From positions 1-12,663 of the forward strand of contig JBFGZE010000088.1 of the NCBI GenBank assembly GCA_041586955.1: a DNA stretch of 12,663 nt, given 5' to 3'. The stretch is from Bacteriovoracaceae bacterium (GTDB taxonomy: Bacteria > Bdellovibrionota > Bacteriovoracia > Bacteriovoracales > Bacteriovoracaceae). The position numbers were made by a program, and so were the translations under genes. Under the pieces are notes generated by a model. That model made no database searches. It was not told the origin of the DNA and saw only the letters and a program-made list of their open reading frames with translations. This document shows, one piece after another, positions 1 through 7,334 of this stretch. Each line of letters starts with the position of its first letter. The first letter of the stretch is position 1.

Positions 1-1123
1 CATGCAGTATAGTAGAGTGGTCCCTTTGTAAATAACGGCCAATCGCTCCCAAGCTGTGATCGAAGTGACGATTGAGCCAATACATCAAAACCTGGCGAAT
101 AAGGGCCAAGGGCGCGAGGCGTCTTCGGCCCAAGATATCATCCTTAGAAAAGCGGCCATAGTCTGACAATAAATTGAGCACTTCTTCCATATTCTCTTCA
201 TTATTTGGCGCCGCTCTTTTCCCTTTAGAAATAGTGCGAGTAAACCACTTTTGCCAATAATCATCATCTTCTTGATTTAAAGATAAGGCCTGAGAATCCA
301 ATTGATGCATGAACTCTTTTAATTCAAAGGCATTATTAAAGGTACCAAAGTTAAGAAAGTCATTCTTTAGGGATTGATGATGAGGCGGTAATAAACCATC
401 CATCAAGCGCTCGGAAATTCCCTTATCCCACGAATAAATTTCCACTTGAGTTAAGCTTTTAAGACGCCCCTGAGTTCGTCCATCCATGTTTTGGTATTGT
501 CCAATTTTTTCATGAGATGAAAACAAAATACGCACATTATGGAGTTGGCAAAAGTCAATGAACTCACCGAGTCGCACTTCCTCTTTTGAAGAGAGGATTT
601 TCCAGACCAAACCATCCAGAATAATACCTTTTTTATCTTTTAAAGAATGAAATGGTCGATTCAATAATTCAGCGATGGCAAGAGAATCATTGGCGAAGCA
701 CCAATCTTTTTTCTGTTTTAGCTCCTGCCATTCAGCGAGGAGTAAATGGCTTTTTCCTACGCCACAAGGCCCAACAAGAAAAAGACTGCTGTCTTTTCCT
801 TTACCTGTAAACCACGAGCGGACCTTGATGGTGGCCTCTTTATTACTTCGGCCAACGATCCATTCTTTACGAGAGTCTAATGCTAACCTTGATGATTCAG
901 GAATAGCTCCAACGGGGGGAGTCATAAGACGCCGCTTACGGCGCCTTTTATCACAACGAGGGGGCACTCCTTGTGCTGGGGTGATGGACGTTAATAAATC
1001 GAATTCATGATTCATTAAAGACAGAAGGTTTAATTGCTCACTCGCTTCCTTCCGCCGTGTCGTTTTGGCAACCTTTTGCCGCTGAGAACTCTTCTCAACT
1101 ATAATTGAAGATACATCTAACAT
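1..1123 (-). CDS. Divergent DnaA-like protein (AAA+ domain III plus DNA-binding domain IV), 3'-partial (runs off left edge)
   Basis: Manual translation of the minus strand gives an open frame from ATG 1123 (alternative ATG 1015) to the window edge, 374 codons with no stop. Motifs: EWIVGRSNKEA (cf. DnaA NFVEGKSNQLA), LFLVGPCGVGKSHLL (Walker A, 749-772), IILDG (Walker B position, 611-625), DGRTQGRL (box VII), and DDILGRRR..LALIRQVLMYWLNRHFDHSLGAIGRYLQRDHSTILH (DnaA signature, cf. RDHTTVLH). An upstream in-frame TGA lies at 1157-1159; AAGGAAG/AAGG precedes ATG 1123. Confidence 0.88.
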   Translation of the reverse strand, partial: MLDVSSIIVEKSSQRQKVAKTTRRKEASEQLNLLSLMNHEFDLLTSITPAQGVPPRCDKRRRKRRLMTPPVGAIPESSRLALDSRKEWIVGRSNKEATIKVRSWFTGKGKDSSLFLVGPCGVGKSHLLLAEWQELKQKKDWCFANDSLAIAELLNRPFHSLKDKKGIILDGLVWKILSSKEEVRLGEFIDFCQLHNVRILFSSHEKIGQYQNMDGRTQGRLKSLTQVEIYSWDKGISERLMDGLLPPHHQSLKNDFLNFGTFNNAFELKEFMHQLDSQALSLNQEDDDYWQKWFTRTISKGKRAAPNNEENMEEVLNLLSDYGRFSKDDILGRRRLAPLALIRQVLMYWLNRHFDHSLGAIGRYLQRDHSTILH

Positions 1124-1167
1124 GATGGCCTTTTCTTCCTTTTTCCATGGAAATCGTCAAGGCCTTA

Positions 1168-1195
1168 ATAATAATTACCAATTTCAATTGGTCAA
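1168..1195 (-). promoter_or_regulatory. Putative sigma70 promoter for the DnaA-like gene
   Basis: Minus strand TTGACC (1195-1190), 16 nt spacer, TATTAT (1173-1168), ending about 45 nt upstream of ATG 1123. Confidence 0.55.
1177..1192. promoter_or_regulatory. Palindromic operator-like site ACCAATT-N2-AATTGGT
   Basis: Perfect 7-bp inverted repeat overlapping the -35 element and spacer of the putative promoter; a further AATTGG half-site lies at 1213-1218. Confidence 0.45.
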
Positions 1196-1203
1196 GCCAT
1201 ACG

Positions 1204-1263
1204 CTATCTACTAATTGGATTGATACCCCTTAGACTATCTTCTTTTCTCTTCTTTACGCCCAT
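1204..1263 (-). CDS. Possible small ORF, 19 aa (MGVKKRKEDSLRGINPISR)
   Basis: ATG at 1263 preceded by GAGGGGG (SD-like), TAG at 1206-1204; below the ORF-track length cutoff. Confidence 0.25.
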   Translation of the reverse strand: MGVKKRKEDSLRGINPISR

Positions 1264-1421
1264 ATCCCCCTCTATCAAGACCAGTCGCAAACTTGCCTCT
1301 TTAATTATTTTTTTCTTTAATAACAAGCGTATCAATAGCGACGCCCTGCACACAAGCTAAAATAATCCTATTTTCCAATATTGCCCCTTTAAACCCACCA
1401 GAATTTGAGTAAAATGAATTT

Positions 1422-1856
1422 ATGGAATCAAAAATAAATGCACCACGAGATATCCGCTTTTTGCTCATAGACGACATGAGTTTTTATTTATCATTTCTAA
1501 TTGATGGATTGAAAAACCTTGGATTTTGTGGCGAATTTCTAACGGCCCATAATGTTACCGAGTCCATCAAGGTAATCGAGGGCGAATATAAAAATAAACG
1601 ACAAATCGACTTTATTATATCAGACCTCAAGCTCCCAGATGCCCCAGGAACAATACTCTTACAAAAAGTCCGAAAGAATGCGATCCTTGCCAACATCCCT
1701 TTCCTCCTTATTACTGTTGAAGACAAATCAATGAACATCATTGACGCTTTTGAACATGGGGTGAGTAACTTTATGTTTAAACCCATCGATATAAAGATTT
1801 TGGGCGAGAAGATTCAATTTTGTTGGGAAAAACACCACTTGAATAAAAAAAAATAA
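1422..1856 (+). CDS. Single-domain response regulator (CheY-like receiver)
   Basis: FLLIDD acidic pocket, FIISDLKLPDAPG phosphoacceptor Asp, IPFLLIT, GVSNFMFKP; no output domain. Confidence 0.92.
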   Translation: MESKINAPRDIRFLLIDDMSFYLSFLIDGLKNLGFCGEFLTAHNVTESIKVIEGEYKNKRQIDFIISDLKLPDAPGTILLQKVRKNAILANIPFLLITVEDKSMNIIDAFEHGVSNFMFKPIDIKILGEKIQFCWEKHHLNKKK

Positions 1857-2216
1857 TTATTTCAGTTCGACCTGTGGCCTATCGCCATTTATTTTAATCG
1901 AATCGTTAATTGTTTTATAGCGTTCCTGATTGATGACCTTACAGTCCTCTATTTCTAAATGTTCACCAGGCGTAACAATGTCAAGTTCTTTAACCTTTTC
2001 ATCATCGGAAAAACCATTTTCACCGGTGGCCCTATCAGGTTCTTTCTGCTGTCCAACCTTTTTTGGCCGTACTTTCTTTTCAATGACTGGAAAGTCTCTA
2101 TGAGAGATATCTTCTTTTCCAAAATGAGTATCAATATTAATGACCCCATCATTTCCAGCATAAGAAATTGCACCCATGATCATCGTTAATAAAGTTAAAA
2201 CTCTCACTAAACTCAT
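1857..2216 (-). CDS. Hypothetical secreted protein
   Basis: 119 aa with an N-terminal signal peptide (MSLVRVLTLLTMIMGAISYA); charged hydrophilic body; abuts the stop of the receiver gene. Confidence 0.7.
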   Translation of the reverse strand: MSLVRVLTLLTMIMGAISYAGNDGVINIDTHFGKEDISHRDFPVIEKKVRPKKVGQQKEPDRATGENGFSDDEKVKELDIVTPGEHLEIEDCKVINQERYKTINDSIKINGDRPQVELK

Positions 2217-2324
2217 AATTTTTTATCGGTTATTCGACAATAAAACATTAGGTACATAATATTGGGGAGTTATACTGATGATAATTCTGCCTAGTGGTTA
2301 AAACTGATCTTTAAAAGGTAAAAT

Positions 2325-3077
2325 ATGAGAGTGAAGTGGTTGCCAATAATATTATGTTTTTTTTCTTTATACGCTCAAGATGAACAGGAAGGAGTACTCC
2401 TCAAGGTTCATAAATTAACGTATTTCCATCCCTACTCCTACACGACGTCCGATCAAGATGCCGGCAAGGAAGCCGAAGTCAAGTATCAAATTAGCCTAAA
2501 AACAGCTCTTATCGGCAACGGCGGCCCAGGCTCGTTATTCTTTGCCTATAGCCAAAAGAGTATATGGCAAATTTATAATGACGAAGCGTCAGCACCTTTC
2601 CGGGAAACCAATTATAACCCCGAAGTTTTTATGCGCTTTGGAAGTCCCTCCCTCTTTGCTGATTTTGGTTATTCCCATGAATCTAATGGCCAACAAGACC
2701 CAGAGTCGCGGGGATGGGATCAATTTTATCTCACAGGGCATCTTAAAACAGAGTATATTAATATTTACCTGCGGTCTTGGTACGTCTTTGCGGAAGATCA
2801 AAGTGTCCCTTCAATCGTACAAAAGAATACCTCTATTATTGACTATTATGGTTATGGCCAATTGGGAATTACGCTTAAGTTAGGGACTATGTTTATTCAT
2901 TATATGGCCCGGCATAATTTCAAGACACATTTTGGTGCCCACGAAAGTAATATTTCCTTCCCCCTTGGTAAGGGATTCTATCTTCACTTTCAGCATTTCA
3001 GTGGTTACGGGGATACTCTTATTGATTATAACCACTCCACCAATCGTTATGGGGTTGGACTTCTTCTCAATCGATAA
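2325..3077 (+). CDS. pldA: Outer-membrane phospholipase A (OMPLA/PLA1 family)
   Basis: Signal peptide; EVKYQISLK, FAYSQKSIWQIYN..SAPFRETNYNPE, catalytic HESNG..SRGW, GYGDTLIDYNH, C-terminal GVGLLLN; AAGG SD-like sequence upstream. Confidence 0.93.
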   Translation: MRVKWLPIILCFFSLYAQDEQEGVLLKVHKLTYFHPYSYTTSDQDAGKEAEVKYQISLKTALIGNGGPGSLFFAYSQKSIWQIYNDEASAPFRETNYNPEVFMRFGSPSLFADFGYSHESNGQQDPESRGWDQFYLTGHLKTEYINIYLRSWYVFAEDQSVPSIVQKNTSIIDYYGYGQLGITLKLGTMFIHYMARHNFKTHFGAHESNISFPLGKGFYLHFQHFSGYGDTLIDYNHSTNRYGVGLLLNR

Positions 3078-3101
3078 GCTTATATCTGCAAATGAGCAAA
3101 A

Positions 3102-4028
3102 TTAGGGACAAAAACCTCGTAAAATAGGCTGATTTTCTTTTTTATTTTTTCTTTCAGTCGTGTAATGAAAACTCATCTCTCCCCCATTGACAAGGGCGAT
3201 CGCCTCTTGTTGTTGGAGTTTCTGTAAACGAATATAACGAAAATCAATCCCCGCCCTAGGTTTAAAATTGGGATTTTTTAATTGAAAGGGGCTAAAAAAG
3301 AATTCATAGGCACTTCCCTTACTTAAAAGTAGCCACTTTTGGCCGTCGGCGCTCATATCTCCAGCAGTAATAATATGGTGTTTATTTTTAGAAAAAGGGC
3401 GAAGAGACGATAAATCGAGGGTGCCCAAATAGAGGGCGATAAGAGGTTCGCTTTTAGCTTTATACTCTAAAAGGGCCTTATAGGGGATATGGTATAAATT
3501 CGTTTTCCCCGCCTTCTCGCCATGGCCTGGCTTGGTCGCGATAATGATGTCTCCACTGGGAGTTGTAAAAAGGGTTTCAGCATTATGTGATTTTTTGTCT
3601 GCATATTTAAAGTGAATGGCCTTAATAAGGCCTGTCTCCAAAGCGCCAGCACTGGGATGATTCACATAATATAATTGATAGCGCTTGCGCGCCAGATCAT
3701 TGTCACCAATATCACCGATAATAAGGCAAGAAGTTTGTTCAAAGCATTTGCCAACGCTTAAATCTTCAACGTCTTCAAAAAGGACCCCTTTAATGCTGAC
3801 CTTATCGAATCGGGAGTAATTATAATTTGAGCGATAAAAAGAATCACCATATTGAGTGTCATTGATAAAGTACCAATGGGCATTTTTGCCCTCTCCTAGC
3901 ATATCCATTCCGGAAACTTCTTTGAGGACTTTTTTAGGTAAAACACCGAGCTCAGAAATTGATGAGCGACAATCCTCTGCAAAAAGAACCGTGCTCCAAA
4001 GTATAAGAATTGTGCTAAAAAAAATCAT
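3102..4028 (-). CDS. Secreted hypothetical protein, probable beta-propeller (GDIGDN-motif type)
   Basis: ATG 4028 with GGAGG SD and signal peptide MIFFSTILILWSTVLFA; blade-like acidic motifs EVSGM, DVEDLSVG, IIGDIGDN, NAETL, ITAGDMSADG, QQEAIA. Confidence 0.75.
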   Translation of the reverse strand: MIFFSTILILWSTVLFAEDCRSSISELGVLPKKVLKEVSGMDMLGEGKNAHWYFINDTQYGDSFYRSNYNYSRFDKVSIKGVLFEDVEDLSVGKCFEQTSCLIIGDIGDNDLARKRYQLYYVNHPSAGALETGLIKAIHFKYADKKSHNAETLFTTPSGDIIIATKPGHGEKAGKTNLYHIPYKALLEYKAKSEPLIALYLGTLDLSSLRPFSKNKHHIITAGDMSADGQKWLLLSKGSAYEFFFSPFQLKNPNFKPRAGIDFRYIRLQKLQQQEAIALVNGGEMSFHYTTERKNKKENQPILRGFCP

Positions 4029-4088
4029 CGATTCCTCCGGCCACCATCCTAGCAATTTCGTGTAAAATGAAAAGACTTTCTAAACAAA

Positions 4089-4760
4089 TTATATATCAAA
4101 TATTTCGGCCAATAGCCCGAAATTACTATTGGCCTCGGAGTTAAACATTTGAGCAAATACATTGAGGGCAACCACTGCATTTTTATCAGCATCGCCTTTT
4201 GAATAAGAGCGAAGTCGTTCTAATAGGCAGCGGTTGACAATTGCCAACGCTTTGTACTGCTCTAATAAATCTTTGATGTTACATTGCGCCTGCTCGCCAC
4301 CCTGTTTTAAAAATTGCTTCACAAGGTGTCCGCTGAGGGTGCGGAAATGAGTCTCTTGAATGGAGCTAAACGGCAAATGGAACCTGGCCAAAGGCCGTAA
4401 AAAACTAAAGTGGGGGCATTTACTGGTGGCCATAATAAGTCCCATCAGACTAAATAGACCCGTTTGTAAATCGGTATTTTTATAATAGACCCGCTCTTCA
4501 ACCTCGACAACGACCTTGGCCTCTTCATAGCTTAAGCTATTTTTAATTCTAGTGATCACATGGGACATATTGGCGGCAACTGGACAAGAAGGTGTATCGC
4601 CCTCATTTAATGGACAATTGGTACATTGATGATGCCCTAGCTTAGTCCAGGAAGGTAATTCCCCTGTCACATCTTTACCTGTCAAAGTCTCGTCATCAAT
4701 GATGACATCATAATTCCAAAACTTTTTATCAGCGAATACAAATTTATATCCAATTTTCAT
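4089..4760 (-). CDS. Cys-rich hypothetical protein (DUF6901-like)
   Basis: WTKLGHHQCTNCPL..CPVA, LQTGLFSLMGLIMATSKCPHFSFLRPLARFHLPF and DADKNAVVAL resemble DUF6901 from recollection; likely start ATG 4760 (MKIGYKF). Confidence 0.7.
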   Translation of the reverse strand: MKIGYKFVFADKKFWNYDVIIDDETLTGKDVTGELPSWTKLGHHQCTNCPLNEGDTPSCPVAANMSHVITRIKNSLSYEEAKVVVEVEERVYYKNTDLQTGLFSLMGLIMATSKCPHFSFLRPLARFHLPFSSIQETHFRTLSGHLVKQFLKQGGEQAQCNIKDLLEQYKALAIVNRCLLERLRSYSKGDADKNAVVALNVFAQMFNSEANSNFGLLAEIFDI

Positions 4761-4962
4761 ATTGATCTGATCGGTGCAAAACAAGAATATATTAAGAAAG
4801 ATAATTTTAAAAAATTTAACTGAGGTTTTTATACAGACTTTATTTAATGATACAGCAATAAGTATTTATCGCTCTCTAGTTATGGACTAGAACAGAAAGA
4901 ATTAAAGATAAACTGGGCGATAGAAAATGCTCGGTTCAAATGATAAAAACCAACAAAATCAA

Positions 4963-6351
4963 TTATGAATTGGCATTTTTAAAAGTCAGAACTTCTTCAA
5001 GTTCTCCCTCTTCTTTAAATGGTGGAAGAGATTTATGACTCACTTTAAAATATAATTTAAAACACGTTCCATGCTCATAAGCATCGGATTCTTTAACACG
5101 GCTTTCAACGATTATTTTGCCACCCATTAGGTCCATAATATGTTTAGCTATTGGCATACCAAAACCAGTTCCCGTTTCCCCTCTCGTCCCCTCTCTATTA
5201 GTCTTGGCCAATGGGTTAAATATATTTTGGAGAATAGTCTCAGGAATCCCAATACCGTGGTCACGAATACAAAGCTCTACCATTTCATCACTAAAGGTAC
5301 GCAGATCAAATACAATGACACCACCCTGGCAACTAAATTTAATCGCGTTATTTATAATATTTTGAATCACCTGGGTTTCGACCATATGACGGTTTCCCAT
5401 TATAGGTTGGACTCCAATATTAAAATTTTGGATGATTTTTAATTCCTTAACATCAAACATGTCCTTATTGTTTAGTAAAATCGAGTCCATCAATTGACCT
5501 AAATCAAAGGAATCCAATTTAAGATCCTTCTTTCCACTTTCAACAGACTCTAATGCTCTAGAGCTTTCGATCGTTTTTCCCATTTTAAGGGCATTTTTTT
5601 CCATCACTTTTAGGCGTTTTTCAAGATCTGTGAAATCGGCTTGCATAAATGATTTATAGGCCCTAGCAATAGACAATTTTATCACTGAGAGAGGAGTTGA
5701 GATATCATGTGATACTATTCGAAGAATATTTTGTTTCGATAAGGCCTTCTTATGAAGGATCTCATTTTTGAATTTATCCTTCCCCAAAAGAAGCAAAGTA
5801 AAGGCACTATTGAGGACGATCATTCCTGCGGTAACAAGAAATTGCGTCATAGTACGGGCCCTTTCATCTAAATAATTATTTAGCAATTGCAGATGGACAT
5901 CGAGGATAAAAACTGTGAACATCGACAAAATAGCAACGATGGACCATATCAACGCATGCTTCTTATTCGTTAAAACCCCTGCAATAGATGGTAAAATAGC
6001 AACCCAGACGAGGGTCGAATTATAAAACCCACCTGTTAATAAACAAAAATGTAATTGAAATAGGCCACCAGTAATAAGAATGACATAGCTCGCAAATACC
6101 AGTGAGCGCTTCCAGCGATAGGCCAAAGGTGCCGTTATATGGACACAAGCATAACCAAAGCCTAAGTACTTAATAGAAATATGATCAATAAAATAAAAGG
6201 AAAGAAACGCGTAGACCCACATCAATAGGCCTGTCACAATCGTTACCAAGAGAAAAAGGTGGACTCGATATGACATAATAGCATCTAGTTGATGTTTTTC
6301 ATCAATAAATTTATTATAAAAATTGTGGTAGAGCTTAATTATCCAATTCAT
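4963..6351 (-). CDS. Membrane-bound sensor histidine kinase (HisKA + HATPase_c)
   Basis: About 5-6 hydrophobic TM segments at the N-terminus; H-box VSHDISTPL, N-box NIINNAIKFS, G1 DHGIGI, F-box IFNP, G2 GTGFGMPIAK. Probable start ATG 6351 (ORF track extends to 6387). Confidence 0.93.
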   Translation of the reverse strand: MNWIIKLYHNFYNKFIDEKHQLDAIMSYRVHLFLLVTIVTGLLMWVYAFLSFYFIDHISIKYLGFGYACVHITAPLAYRWKRSLVFASYVILITGGLFQLHFCLLTGGFYNSTLVWVAILPSIAGVLTNKKHALIWSIVAILSMFTVFILDVHLQLLNNYLDERARTMTQFLVTAGMIVLNSAFTLLLLGKDKFKNEILHKKALSKQNILRIVSHDISTPLSVIKLSIARAYKSFMQADFTDLEKRLKVMEKNALKMGKTIESSRALESVESGKKDLKLDSFDLGQLMDSILLNNKDMFDVKELKIIQNFNIGVQPIMGNRHMVETQVIQNIINNAIKFSCQGGVIVFDLRTFSDEMVELCIRDHGIGIPETILQNIFNPLAKTNREGTRGETGTGFGMPIAKHIMDLMGGKIIVESRVKESDAYEHGTCFKLYFKVSHKSLPPFKEEGELEEVLTFKNANS

Positions 6352-6598
6352 TTCTACAATTAGCAAAGCAAAAAGAAAGTATCCCAAACGGAATATATAA
6401 GCTCTCTTCAGCGATTACTTCCTTATCAAAACAACAAAAACTTTGTTAGTAAAAAATCTAAAAAACGGAAGAGGAGGGACTGATACGATCTCTGGATAAA
6501 ACTTTTCCTGGCCTTACTTCCACTTTCAAAAAATCCTTTTTCTTACAAAGATTGTTCGGCTTCAAGGTAGCTAATAATAAATTAATTTTTCTTAATGC

Positions 6599-7264
6599 TT
6601 AGCGGAATGTAACATAGCGATATTGCCCTACCTGAACAAAGGCCTGGCAATAGCGAGGGTCTGGAATTGATGCTTGAGAGCGCCTAATACACTCCTGATA
6701 GGCGGTGGTTGCACGTACCGCTTGATAAGAATCAAAAGGAAAAGGGTAATGGTGAGAGAGATCTTTCATCATCATCACACCGGTCAATGGCCTTTGTTGA
6801 TAATACGATTCGACCACCATTTCTAAAGTATAAATCTTTTTTGCTTCATATAAATGAACACATTTTGCCGGCCCAATATACCAAGACTCACTTCCCGAGT
6901 TAGTCGTTGGATAAATACAAAGCCGCTCTGTGGACATAGGGTTTTTAACCTGAATATAAATCTTTTTTTCATTAGTATTACTTTGGCAAACTGTGTATTC
7001 ACCCAAGTGGTAATGATTGTCAGCAAAGCCCGTTTGGCCATCACTTGACCATTTGCAATGGCGTATCTCTTCGGGAATATAATTTTCACTTGTAGCGCCA
7101 GATACTTCGCCAGATGCCAGACTAATGCCATCATCCGTAATAGCTGGAGTCGCCTTATTCAGAGAATCAGAATTTTGACCAAGGGAGCGAACGGTACGCC
7201 TACTACGAGGAGCTTCGCAGCCAAGTAAGGCCAATACAGTAAAAAGACTAACGACCATCTTCAT
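6599..7264 (-). CDS. Putative lipoprotein, Cys-rich, unknown function
   Basis: Strong SD (GGAGG); lipobox-like LLGC after a hydrophobic stretch; disordered linker followed by a domain with six Cys. Confidence 0.8.
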   Translation of the reverse strand: MKMVVSLFTVLALLGCEAPRSRRTVRSLGQNSDSLNKATPAITDDGISLASGEVSGATSENYIPEEIRHCKWSSDGQTGFADNHYHLGEYTVCQSNTNEKKIYIQVKNPMSTERLCIYPTTNSGSESWYIGPAKCVHLYEAKKIYTLEMVVESYYQQRPLTGVMMMKDLSHHYPFPFDSYQAVRATTAYQECIRRSQASIPDPRYCQAFVQVGQYRYVTFR

Positions 7265-7334
7265 AAATAGGCCCTCCTACCTCTTATTCTGCCAAGATTA
7301 GATAATAAATAAAATCAGGCAAGTTTATCCAGCT

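Noticed and set aside
675..1010. 111-aa plus-strand ORF (and 85..267 minus-strand ORF) from the track
   Set aside because: These are shadow or alternate frames of the DnaA-like gene, which has clear family motifs.
1124..1421. Possible oriC beside a dnaA-like gene
   Set aside because: No TTATCCACA-type boxes or DUE-like repeats are visible in this intergenic region.
4875..4891. Inverted repeat TCTAGT-N5-ACTAGA between the kinase and the DUF6901-like gene
   Set aside because: Only 6-bp arms and no U-tract; insufficient to call an operator or terminator.
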